From Bryobacterales bacterium (GTDB taxonomy: Bacteria > Acidobacteriota > Terriglobia > Bryobacterales > Bryobacteraceae), in NCBI GenBank assembly GCA_038232555.1, contig JBBSHP010000001.1:1-40541 (forward strand): a stretch of DNA of 40,541 bases, read 5' to 3'. Under the pieces are notes generated by a model. The model did no database searches. It was not told where the DNA came from and saw nothing but the letters and a program-made list of their open reading frames with translations. Both the position numbers and the translations under genes were made by a program. Positions 16,541-25,313 of the stretch are shown here, in pieces (positions within the stretch are counted from its first letter, which is position 1; each line of letters opens with the position of its first letter).

Positions 16541-18565
16541 TTACGGAAGGGCAAACGCAACGTAAGCATCTCCAGGCTTCGTTTCGAGTTGCCCTGCTCC
16601 ACCCGCGGCTATCGCCACGTACTGCTTTCCGTTTACTTCATAAGTGGCCGGAGTCGCATATCCGCCCGCTTCTAGTTGCGCTTCCCATAAAATTGTTCCC
16701 GCAGTTTGGTCGAAAGCGCGAAATTTCTCATCTCGCGTGCCACCAATAAAGACCAAGCCTCCCGCAGTCACAATGGATCCACCAAAGTTCTCGGTTCCAG
16801 TCGCCGGTACCCCCTTTGCCGTCAACTCTTTGTACTCGCCCAAAGGCACCTGCCAGACAATCTCGCCCTTATTCAGATCGATGGAACTCAACTTTCCCCA
16901 GGGTGGCTTAACAGCCGGGTAACCTTCATCGTCCTGGAACTTATGAAAGCCGGTGAAGTCGAACGGATAACTCAACCTGTGCCACAACTTGGAGTCAACG
17001 ATGGAGAGAATGTAGGGGATCTCGTTGGAGTTAACGAACAGTGTCCCTATTGAGGGGTCAAACGATCCGCCGCTCCAATTCGCACCGCCATGAAACCCTG
17101 GGAAAATGATAGTTCCCTGCTTGGAAGGAGGTGAAAATATAGGGCCGGCTTTCAATGTCCGAAATTGTCTCAGAGCCGATGCGTGCGACTTAGGCGAGAG
17201 ATCCGTTAGGTCGGCTTCGGTTAAGTTATGTCGTGAGAATGGCGGGGGCTTCACCGGGTATGGTTGAGTAGGCCAAGCCTGCTCCCCGGGAAGACCGGAT
17301 GCGGGAACCGCGCGCTCTTCGATGGGCAAGAGGGGTTCTCCCGTTTCCCGGTCCAACAGAAAGACGTAACCCATTTTGGTAAGCTGGGCCACCGCGTCCA
17401 CCGGACGCCCATTATGATGAACCGTAACCAGGATCGGCGGACAGGGCAGATCGTAGTCCCACAGGTCGTGATGGACTGCCTGGAAATGCCAGACTCGTTT
17501 ACCCGTGGCTGCGTTTAAGGCGACCACGGAATCGCCGAAAAGATTTTTCCCGTGGCGGTCGCCGCCATAATAATCAAACGTGGGCGACCCGATGGCCAGA
17601 AATACAAGGCCTCGTTTCTCGTCCACAGTCATGCCGGCCCAATCGTTGGTGCCGGCCGCAGTTTTCCACGCCTCCGGTGGCCATGTTTCGTAGCCGAACT
17701 CCCCCGGTTGCGGGATGGTGTGGAAAATCCATTTTCGTTGGCCCGTCCGAACATCATAGGCCCGCACGTGCCCTGGCGCCTCTGGCCGCGGTCCTTCTCC
17801 CGTTTTCGATCCAACGATAATTAGATTTTGATAGATCACTCCGGGGGAAGTCACCATGTAGCCGCTCTTCCCGAGTTCCCGCTCCAGGCCTTGCCTGAGA
17901 TCCACCGATCCGTTGCTGCCGAATTCCGGAATCGGTTTACCGGTTTCGGCCTTGAGCGCAATCAGGGTATGGTCCGCAGCGAACAGGATTCGCCGGTCCC
18001 CGCCTTCTCTCCAGAATGCAACGCCCCGGTTCACTCTCCACGGGTCGAGTTTCTCTGTTTTCAGCACGCCTGGAATACCGTGGAATGCTAAAAGAGCAAA
18101 TACGCCGGCGCCCAGGAACAGCAGCGGCCTCAGCCACTTCATCCATCTTTTCGAGGCGGCCCGCGAAATGCCTAACACAGCGATGAGCGGGAACGCGCTA
18201 TACCAAGGAAAGGAAGGACCTTGGCCTGCCGGAAACGGATCATAAGTCCAGAGGTGCTTGCCGCTGGAGGCGTCTAGCGCGATCAACTTCAGCCGAGGAG
18301 AGGTGACATACATCACCCCATCCACTACGATAGGCGTGCATTCAATCGTGGTCTTCGGTTCATCGCTCTTATCCCCGGTATGATAAATCCAGGCGACCCG
18401 AAGCTTTCGCACATTCGACCGGTTGATCTGGTCCAATGTAGAATATCGAGTTCCACCAGGATCCCCCCCCGTTACCGGCCACTCGCGTGAACTCTTAACA
18501 GTAGAGCCGGCCGGCAACCCGCATAAAAACCAACTTAACAGCAGAGCTGTAAGTCTGTTTTGCAT
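16541..18565 (-). CDS. PQQ-dependent (quinoprotein) dehydrogenase, glucose/sugar dehydrogenase-like beta-propeller, secreted
   Basis: Signal-like N-terminus MQNRLTALLLSWFLCGLPAG, then WPVTGGDPGGTRYSTLDQINRSNVRKLRVAW, ECTPIVVDGVMYV, ALDASSGKHLWTYDP, NRGVAFW and repeated propeller blocks (ALNAATGKRVWHFQ, RAFDQTAGTILWE). An unusual hydrophobic insertion lies at aa 111-177. Confidence 0.85.
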   Translation of the reverse strand: MQNRLTALLLSWFLCGLPAGSTVKSSREWPVTGGDPGGTRYSTLDQINRSNVRKLRVAWIYHTGDKSDEPKTTIECTPIVVDGVMYVTSPRLKLIALDASSGKHLWTYDPFPAGQGPSFPWYSAFPLIAVLGISRAASKRWMKWLRPLLFLGAGVFALLAFHGIPGVLKTEKLDPWRVNRGVAFWREGGDRRILFAADHTLIALKAETGKPIPEFGSNGSVDLRQGLERELGKSGYMVTSPGVIYQNLIIVGSKTGEGPRPEAPGHVRAYDVRTGQRKWIFHTIPQPGEFGYETWPPEAWKTAAGTNDWAGMTVDEKRGLVFLAIGSPTFDYYGGDRHGKNLFGDSVVALNAATGKRVWHFQAVHHDLWDYDLPCPPILVTVHHNGRPVDAVAQLTKMGYVFLLDRETGEPLLPIEERAVPASGLPGEQAWPTQPYPVKPPPFSRHNLTEADLTDLSPKSHASALRQFRTLKAGPIFSPPSKQGTIIFPGFHGGANWSGGSFDPSIGTLFVNSNEIPYILSIVDSKLWHRLSYPFDFTGFHKFQDDEGYPAVKPPWGKLSSIDLNKGEIVWQVPLGEYKELTAKGVPATGTENFGGSIVTAGGLVFIGGTRDEKFRAFDQTAGTILWEAQLEAGGYATPATYEVNGKQYVAIAAGGAGQLETKPGDAYVAFALP

Positions 18566-18567
18566 GC

Positions 18568-19836
18568 CTAGGGACGGGCAGCCGAAGCCTTTCTATGCAC
18601 CGCTACAGCCTGCTTACGTTCGGCCGAATGTTCCGTTCCATCTTGCGGACCACCGTGATCATGCCCTTCCCACCCGAGCACCTGGGTGTAAACCTTGGTC
18701 ATGGACTGTGCTTGAATCGGACCGTCGAAACGTTCCCTGACCCAATTGTGCGCTCGCTCCACCATGGAGGTATATCGGTCGGGGTTCTCACTGAAATCCG
18801 CAATACGTTGCGCAATCTTATCCAGTACCAGGGGATCCTCGGCTATTTCATAATCGCTTGGAGAAGCGCGTTCTTCAAAAACGGAGTTTTCAGGAGTAAC
18901 CAATGGGTATTGTGGGTCGCGAAAGTCGCCCTCACCGGCCAGGCCGAATACTGGAACCCGAGCGGCCATAGCTTCAGCGATTACGAGGCCAAATGGCTCC
19001 AGCCGGCTCAGAAACAGGAAAGCATCCATTGCCGCGTAGCACGCGCGCACGTCGTCGAGCATGCCCGTGAAATGAATACGGTCCTCCAGGCCCAGTTCTT
19101 CCGCATGTTTTTTCAGATCGGGCTGAATGGGCCCATCGCCGCAGAACACCACATGCCACTTCTTTTCCAACCGGGACAGAATCCTGATTGCATCGTGGCA
19201 TCCTTTATACCAAGCTAAGCGGCATACCATTCCAAGAATCATGGCGTCTTCAGGAAGGCCAAACATCCTTCGAGCGTCACCGCGCCGGACAAGCTGACAG
19301 AAGGATGGGCAATCCACCGCGTTGTAGACCGTCCAAGTACGCTCCGGACGGCCCCATCCGAATTCCAATATCTTCTTACGCATACCTCGCGTAATACAAA
19401 CCTGTCCGTCCATTAAAGCCGGCATTCTGGCTGCAAGAAGACGGTCCAACCATCCCATATCCGAGAGGAAAAACGGTCCGTGTAGATGACTTAGTTTCTT
19501 GAAGCGCGTGCCTGCCAGTGCCCCATGCAGCCAGTGCGCGGGGTTGTGGAAATGTAAAATATCGGGGCTCAACCTGCACACCAACTCTCGGGCCCGAAAC
19601 CAGGCCCGCACATCTTGCGGACCTTTCGATCGGAGAAAGTGGCACGGAACAGTAGCCCGGTGCGCAACCGGGCCCGGTTCCCCATAGGTAAAGAGCAGAT
19701 GAGCTTCGACTTGCTGGGGGTCCAGGAAGTGAGCAAGCATCTCGCCCACCCGCAGAGAGCCACCTACGTTCAGGTTGTCGCGATATAGGACCAGAGCGAC
19801 CCGAATAGGCCTGCTATTGGGTGTTTGTGACGACAT
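18568..19836 (-). CDS. GT4-family (GT-B) glycosyltransferase
   Basis: EX7E motif in FLFLSRLEPFGLVIAEAMAARVPVFG. N-terminus IRVALVLYRDNLNVGGS. ATG start, overlapping the upstream gene by 23 nt. Confidence 0.8.
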   Translation of the reverse strand: MSSQTPNSRPIRVALVLYRDNLNVGGSLRVGEMLAHFLDPQQVEAHLLFTYGEPGPVAHRATVPCHFLRSKGPQDVRAWFRARELVCRLSPDILHFHNPAHWLHGALAGTRFKKLSHLHGPFFLSDMGWLDRLLAARMPALMDGQVCITRGMRKKILEFGWGRPERTWTVYNAVDCPSFCQLVRRGDARRMFGLPEDAMILGMVCRLAWYKGCHDAIRILSRLEKKWHVVFCGDGPIQPDLKKHAEELGLEDRIHFTGMLDDVRACYAAMDAFLFLSRLEPFGLVIAEAMAARVPVFGLAGEGDFRDPQYPLVTPENSVFEERASPSDYEIAEDPLVLDKIAQRIADFSENPDRYTSMVERAHNWVRERFDGPIQAQSMTKVYTQVLGWEGHDHGGPQDGTEHSAERKQAVAVHRKASAARP

Positions 19837-21004
19837 GGAAGGAATTTTGTACGGTAGCGTGCGGATTCATGCGGGAGCATTCAGAAAGGGCTTGCCTCAT
19901 GCTCACAGCCCGCGCGCTCCAGGTCTCTTGTTTACTACTGATCCAACGTAACTCTTCGAATTCATCCTGAAAACCTTTGGAGCGCAGCTGCTCCAACTCG
20001 CGCGCCAGATGCCCGGCATCATTTACAAGCCGTAGCAAAGGTTCTTTGTGAAGGAGCTCCTCAAAGCCACGCGTTGCGAGCATGGGTCTGCCGGCGGCCA
20101 AGTGCTCATAAAATCTGGTGGAACTGCCGGAGTAAGTTGGCTCTTTTTTTGTATAAGGAAGAATAGCGACATCAAACGATCGCGCGTAATCGCGTAACGC
20201 GCCGTAATGCTTACTGCCGGTAAACCGGATGCGGCCTCCCCTAGCCATTACCAGCTTACGCATTCTGCTCTGCTCTCGTTCCGCGATGGGCATATCCGTG
20301 GGCCCCACCAACACCCAGCTCAGCCAACCCGTTCGATCCATCGCCTCGTTGAGCAGCTCCCAGTCCATGTTGCCGGAGAGGTTGCCTATTATCCCAGCGA
20401 TAGGGCGCGGCAGATCGGATATATCTTCGGGTAGGTTGCCTGGATTCCACATAGGCTTCGGCAGCAGGTTCTCCGCGCGTGTTGCATTCGGGATCACTCT
20501 GACCTTTGCGGGCGAACATCCCGCTTCCGACTCCAGATAGGAGGCAATCCGGGTTGAGTTGGGGCAAACCAGATCGGCGGCCCTGCACATTCTAATATCC
20601 AGTGACCGGACCTGAGCGGGATTGACTTTCGCATAGCGAATCGTTAAGTCCGTAAGATAGTAGATAACCGGACCACTCCATTGTTCGGCCACTGGCGCAT
20701 AAAACGGCGTCGTGCAGACCAGTGGCGACGAGTCCACATCCGGATGTTTCCTTGCCAGCCGGTCACTCTGGCGAGAACCGAGCCGGGAGAGTAACGAGAT
20801 CGGGAACCGGGCATACCCGCGTTGAAGCGGGAAATGGGCCAGCCGCACCGGGGGGTCTTGAAGAACTTCATCGCGCTCCCAGTTTTGTATACAACCGATG
20901 CTGCTCATATGGGGAACCCATGCCAGAGTTGGCTCCAGGGCGCTCAAGGCCGAAGAGAACTCCTTCATCCATATACTCGAGGCATCCAGCACGTGCCAGG
21001 TCAT
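19814..21004 (-). CDS. GT-B-like glycosyltransferase (TuaH/group-1-like, no canonical EX7E)
   Basis: The C-terminal half, FDVAILPY...SSTRFYEHLAAGRPMLAT, resembles the KxFEYLAAGKPVV block of group-1 transferases. ATG preceded by GGGAG with an 8-nt spacer. Confidence 0.55.
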   Translation of the reverse strand: MTWHVLDASSIWMKEFSSALSALEPTLAWVPHMSSIGCIQNWERDEVLQDPPVRLAHFPLQRGYARFPISLLSRLGSRQSDRLARKHPDVDSSPLVCTTPFYAPVAEQWSGPVIYYLTDLTIRYAKVNPAQVRSLDIRMCRAADLVCPNSTRIASYLESEAGCSPAKVRVIPNATRAENLLPKPMWNPGNLPEDISDLPRPIAGIIGNLSGNMDWELLNEAMDRTGWLSWVLVGPTDMPIAEREQSRMRKLVMARGGRIRFTGSKHYGALRDYARSFDVAILPYTKKEPTYSGSSTRFYEHLAAGRPMLATRGFEELLHKEPLLRLVNDAGHLARELEQLRSKGFQDEFEELRWISSKQETWSARAVSMRQALSECSRMNPHATVQNSFHVVTNTQ

Positions 21005-21129
21005 AGGTTCCGCTCCCTGAACCTATGGATGCGAACCTCTGCTAATACGTTGATCCGTCTCGACGAACCTCCGTCTAAGCAGGGCAGCTTACCTTGCTGG
21101 GTCCACCGAAGACGACTTGGTAACTCCAT
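21001..21129 (-). CDS. Candidate small basic ORF (42 aa) that exactly fills an intergenic gap
   Basis: The ATG at 21129 lies 1 nt after the TGA of the upstream gene (21131-21133). Its TGA stop overlaps the ATG of the next gene as ATGA (21001-21004). Product: MELPSRLRWTQQGKLPCLDGGSSRRINVLAEVRIHRFRERNL. No obvious SD, and no homology recognisable. Confidence 0.2.
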   Translation of the reverse strand: MELPSRLRWTQQGKLPCLDGGSSRRINVLAEVRIHRFRERNL

Positions 21130-21130
21130 T

Positions 21131-23056
21131 TCACTGGCGCGCATAGATAACCTTATCCCCAAATTTGGCGGTGGGCTGATAGTGTGTTCGAATATAGTCG
21201 AGCACAGGAAAAGTTTGCGCGGTGTCGCACGCCAAACGCGATGAACGCCACACGATCGAGGGGAACGTGCACCCCGTGTGAAGACACAATCCGTATGTAG
21301 CCTGGAAATCGCTACCCTGATTGGCAATTACGTAGCGCGGCGTCGCATTCTCGATACGCTCCAAGTCGGTGGCAAGATATCGCTGCGCCGGCGCCAGCGC
21401 GGTAAACTGCGTCGAAAAAATTGGACTGCGGCGATGGGCAGCGAAATTGATTCCTCCCCCGAGCGCAACGTCCAACACAGGTTCGTTCTCCGCGGTATGA
21501 GAAAGGACATAGGAATAGATTTGCGGACCCATCCCGTCCTGTATCTTGATCGGACCCGCTTGGGTGTCCAGGCGGACATAATGACTCTTCCTTTCAGCGA
21601 CGAATCCGGTACCCGCCCGCAGCAGATCGTAACCGCCCAACAAAACCAGCAGCGTCAAAGGCACAGTGCCACCCGCCGGCACCCAGGTTGGCGCGCCTAG
21701 GACGGGTTTGTATTGTATAACCAGCATCAATAAGTAGGGTCCCACTATGAACCAGATCGGATAGGCGGCGACGGTCACTGCCGTAAGCTGGCTCATCGTA
21801 CCTCCGAATAAGCTCCGCAGGGACATCACGAGAGCCGATGTAAGAGCTACGAAAAGCACAGCCGTGTGATACTGCCATTGCGACCTGGTCCAGAAATTAC
21901 GCACCACACCCACAGCCAGCACCATCCAGAGAACGATTGACGTCCACATGACAGGCAGCAGCACGGTCCCGGTCGAGAGAAAGAAGCCCAGAATTTTTGC
22001 CGCCGTCAGGTGGCCTTGAAGAACCGGGATTTCACGAGCGCAGTATGGCAGATAAAAGATCGTCGCGATCAACCCGGCAGCGGCTCCCAGGAAAAGTAAG
22101 AACTGATGTCTCTTGCTAAGACCTAGATTCGCGGCGCGAGTTGCCGATAAGGCGGCCACAACGATGCCGGCGTGACCCAGAGCCACCGCTCCGCCGAACA
22201 GACCTAAGCCGGTGGGCCACCACGGGCAACTAAGCGTCGCAATCCCATATCCGGCTATACCTGCGATTAGATTAGCGGGCCCTGTAACAACCTGGACGAC
22301 AAAGTAGCAGAGCAAAGCCGGCGCACAACAAAATGAGATCAGTAGACCGTAGTGCACCAGCCAATCCCTGAACGGCCGATTAGCGAACCACATCATCCGA
22401 TCGACGACGGCTGTAGCCGCGAGGGCGCCTGCCACGCCGAGTATAAACTCCGGCTTAGTAAGCAGCCCGATCGTGGCTCCTGTTACCATCCAGAACCTGG
22501 CGCGAGTATCGAAAACGCCGCTTCGCAGGTACGCGAAGGATTCCCGCAATACGAGCAGCATCCCCACCATGCCCAAGGGGATGGCGGGCGTATAGACCTG
22601 AAGCGAAAATAATGCGAAATTGCCGGTGTTTGTCGCGCCCGCGCACGCCAACGTAAATGCGATAAGGATCGGAAGAGGGCGCGGAAGTAGACGGCGGGCA
22701 GTATCCCAAGTCAGAAGCACCACCGCCGTGCTGATTACATCGAGGCATAGCTGAACAGTTATGTAGGATGCCCCGAAAACGCGTATTGCCATTCCTAGCA
22801 CAGCAATGGCAAGCGGCGGATATTGCCAGGCAAAATCGCGGTACGGAATTTCTCCCGATGCCGCGCGATAGCATTCGAATATCCAGCGGGACGAATCACC
22901 CCAAAAGCTGTCGAGTTTCCCGAAGCGCAGGGCACTGCAGAAGGCACAGACCAGCACCAGAGCCGCAATGCTAACCGTCGCCGAATGCGCACGGCGGTGG
23001 AGCTTTCCGGGCTGAACCTGCTCCGTGGCAGGGATACCGATTTCAGCTGTCGACAT
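21131..23056 (-). CDS. Polytopic membrane protein, GT-C-like (GT87/DUF2029-like motif)
   Basis: 641 aa with many TM segments. The first loop, DSFWGDSSRWIFECYRAASGEIPYRDFAWQYPPLA, resembles the PYRDF...YPP block of DUF2029/GT87 polyprenyl-phosphate-mannose-dependent transferases. Flanked by the only sizeable gaps inside the array. Confidence 0.5.
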   Translation of the reverse strand: MSTAEIGIPATEQVQPGKLHRRAHSATVSIAALVLVCAFCSALRFGKLDSFWGDSSRWIFECYRAASGEIPYRDFAWQYPPLAIAVLGMAIRVFGASYITVQLCLDVISTAVVLLTWDTARRLLPRPLPILIAFTLACAGATNTGNFALFSLQVYTPAIPLGMVGMLLVLRESFAYLRSGVFDTRARFWMVTGATIGLLTKPEFILGVAGALAATAVVDRMMWFANRPFRDWLVHYGLLISFCCAPALLCYFVVQVVTGPANLIAGIAGYGIATLSCPWWPTGLGLFGGAVALGHAGIVVAALSATRAANLGLSKRHQFLLFLGAAAGLIATIFYLPYCAREIPVLQGHLTAAKILGFFLSTGTVLLPVMWTSIVLWMVLAVGVVRNFWTRSQWQYHTAVLFVALTSALVMSLRSLFGGTMSQLTAVTVAAYPIWFIVGPYLLMLVIQYKPVLGAPTWVPAGGTVPLTLLVLLGGYDLLRAGTGFVAERKSHYVRLDTQAGPIKIQDGMGPQIYSYVLSHTAENEPVLDVALGGGINFAAHRRSPIFSTQFTALAPAQRYLATDLERIENATPRYVIANQGSDFQATYGLCLHTGCTFPSIVWRSSRLACDTAQTFPVLDYIRTHYQPTAKFGDKVIYARQ

Positions 23057-23131
23057 TATTGAATTTCGATGGAGCGCGTCGATAGGACGTCAGCGTTCAA
23101 TTCGCAATGTATCCCTTGCGCCTCGAGCGCT

Positions 23132-24163
23132 TTAGACAACGTTCAGACGGTCCGGGGCTGGAGTTGCCACGCTACTGTTGGTTTCGTATTCGACGAAATA
23201 TAAAGGTTGATCCTTAGTCTCGTCGAGAATGCGCGCCGTGTACTCAGCCAGGATAGAGATGATCAGGAAGAGAAGGAGGAACATCGTCGTCTGTGTAAGC
23301 GATGTAGTTATCCATCCTTCAGCTATGCGGTGCTTGACTAATGTCACAGCAAAGATATAAAAAAGATAAATCAAATTAGCGAAGCTAGCGAGGATACCCA
23401 GCAGAGACGCAAAGCGGAGTGGCGCGGCACTGTTGGAGACCACAATACTGATGGCCGTAAACATCCGGCGCAACAGGTTGCGCGCGCGCGCTTTCGAGGG
23501 AACGTTTGCTGGCTCGTAATGGATAGAGCTTTGTCGATAGCCCACCGATGCGCTCAACCAGCTTAGATATCGGTTTTTGCTCTTGATTCTGACCATAGAG
23601 TTGACGATGCGCCGACTGAGTACGCGATAGCAGGACTCTTCCGGCCGGAGTTGAAATCCGAGCACACGGCTGGCAGCACCATAAAATGCGCGGGTAATCA
23701 AACGCTCCATGAATGACTCTGCTGTGCGGCTTGGCTCCGCGATAACGGCATCGTACCCACTGAGTGCTTTAGAGATCAAGGCGGGAATTTGTTCCGGAGG
23801 ATCGGATCCGAGATCCATCAATACGACATAGTCGCCAATGCAGTGATCCAGAGCCGCGGTCATTGCAACTTCTCTTCCGTATCTGCGAGACAGCCGCATG
23901 AATCGGACATTCGGCAAGGAGCGCTGTAGGGCTTCAATGCGTGCACTCACGCCTGGGACACAGCCGCTATCGACTACAAGAAATTCGTAATATCGGTACT
24001 GCTGGGCCAGGATATCCATGGTCCTTTGTATCCGTTGCTCCAGATCGCTGATGTCCTCAGCTATAACCGCGGTGATGGACACGAGTATGTCGCCATTTCG
24101 CTCCGCAAGCTGATCCTTCAAGGCATTTAGGGAATTCAGGGCCGACTCAGCAGAATGATTCAT
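23132..24163 (-). CDS. GtrB/ArnC-like GT2 membrane protein with divergent catalytic motifs
   Basis: The architecture matches GtrB: a GT-A domain and two C-terminal helices ending in ILAEYTARILDETKDQPLYFV. However, it has VVDSGC where VDDGS is expected, and LMDLGSDPPE where MDADLQDPPE is expected. Confidence 0.6.
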   Translation of the reverse strand: MNHSAESALNSLNALKDQLAERNGDILVSITAVIAEDISDLEQRIQRTMDILAQQYRYYEFLVVDSGCVPGVSARIEALQRSLPNVRFMRLSRRYGREVAMTAALDHCIGDYVVLMDLGSDPPEQIPALISKALSGYDAVIAEPSRTAESFMERLITRAFYGAASRVLGFQLRPEESCYRVLSRRIVNSMVRIKSKNRYLSWLSASVGYRQSSIHYEPANVPSKARARNLLRRMFTAISIVVSNSAAPLRFASLLGILASFANLIYLFYIFAVTLVKHRIAEGWITTSLTQTTMFLLLFLIISILAEYTARILDETKDQPLYFVEYETNSSVATPAPDRLNVV

Positions 24164-25286
24164 TGGTTGACCTCGACATTAGCTCTCCGACTCCGATCGC
24201 CTGTAGAACATCATAAATGTTGTCAAGTTTTCCACCCAATATAACGGAGTGATTTTTGAATCCGTAGTCCCGGCGGCATAGAATCGGCCGTCCGTCGTCG
24301 ATCTCGTTTTGCATCAGAACCGTCTTAATTTCGAATAACGACCTGACATGTTCCACCTCGCTTAAACTGGGCACGTAACGCTGGCTGTCCTTGACCATGA
24401 ATTTAAATTTAGACTCAAATGAGAACGTCTGGGACATCTGGCGCAGGCCGCCGCGATCATCCCAATGCTCGTGGGGCGTGTAATGAACGTGAGAGAGGCT
24501 ATGCAGTCCGAGAGCCGGGAACGGCATCATTGAAAAGAATGGGCCATCCATAACTGTTATCCCGACTCGCGAGAGCGGTGGGGGGACGCGGATTATCGCC
24601 ATCTCTGCGATTTCGTGCTTTAGAGGCAACGGGTGTAAGTTCGATCGAACCAGTGATTCATTCATCCGCGAATAGGTGCAATTGAAAATCTCCCCGCCTG
24701 TAATCTCTGCTCCATGCTCAAGTTTCACCCTTACGCTACTGCCCACACCGGGGGCCACATGGTCCACCTCGCAGCCAAACCGAATTTCGACGTCACGGGC
24801 GCGCAGCTCTTTTTCGAGTCTAAAGCGGAGCTTTACAGCGTCAAAGGCGCATTCTTCAGTGCAGAATACCTCTTCAATCAGGGCCGGATTAAACAACCGG
24901 GCGATGTGTGTGGGAGGCCGGCGCAGCGGAATACGCACATGTTCACAGAACTTTCGGAACTGATAAGCATTCACCTTCGAAGTGCTCCGGGCAATTGCAT
25001 AGATCTGTAAAAAAGAGTCGTCAACGCACTCTTCAAAATCGGACTTGAATTGAGGAAAATTGGCGGCCGAACGCAATGCAGTGAGGAGGCTGCGCGGATA
25101 GTGGTACCCGTTATGGATACGCGCCTGATTGACGTATGAAGCCCGGGTCAGCAGATCGCCCGCTCTCTCAAGAAGGAGAACGCGCCGGTCCTGCTGGGCT
25201 GTTGCGAGCGCCACGCAACAGCCGTAAAAGCCGCCGCCCACGACGATCACATCATAGCTGTCGCGAAGAGGGCCGATGCTGCTCAT
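24147..25286 (-). CDS. FAD-dependent oxidoreductase (DAO/GlpD-like Rossmann flavoprotein)
   Basis: YDVIVVGGGFYGCCVALATAQQDRRVLLLER is a GxGxxG motif with the acidic residue at the end of beta-2. 379 aa. Its stop overlaps the start of the GtrB-like gene by 17 nt. Confidence 0.75.
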   Translation of the reverse strand: MSSIGPLRDSYDVIVVGGGFYGCCVALATAQQDRRVLLLERAGDLLTRASYVNQARIHNGYHYPRSLLTALRSAANFPQFKSDFEECVDDSFLQIYAIARSTSKVNAYQFRKFCEHVRIPLRRPPTHIARLFNPALIEEVFCTEECAFDAVKLRFRLEKELRARDVEIRFGCEVDHVAPGVGSSVRVKLEHGAEITGGEIFNCTYSRMNESLVRSNLHPLPLKHEIAEMAIIRVPPPLSRVGITVMDGPFFSMMPFPALGLHSLSHVHYTPHEHWDDRGGLRQMSQTFSFESKFKFMVKDSQRYVPSLSEVEHVRSLFEIKTVLMQNEIDDGRPILCRRDYGFKNHSVILGGKLDNIYDVLQAIGVGELMSRSTNESFC

Positions 25287-25313
25287 TGCTGGTATTTGTG
25301 TCTCAAAGTGTGC

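Noticed and set aside
18463-18470. C8/G8 homopolymer tracts inside coding regions (18463-18470 in the PQQ dehydrogenase gene; 37182-37189 in the Wzc-like gene), considered as slipped-strand phase-variation switches.
   Set aside because: At this base composition a few 8-nt G or C runs are expected by chance in 40 kb. Both tracts encode Gly-Gly in frame within intact ORFs, and there is no sign of frameshifted copies.
21001-21327. The 108-aa minus-strand ORF listed in the track.
   Set aside because: Its first two thirds overlap the 3' end of the well-supported 21131-23056 gene in another frame. Only the last 42 codons (21001-21129), which fill the intergenic gap, were kept as a low-confidence candidate.
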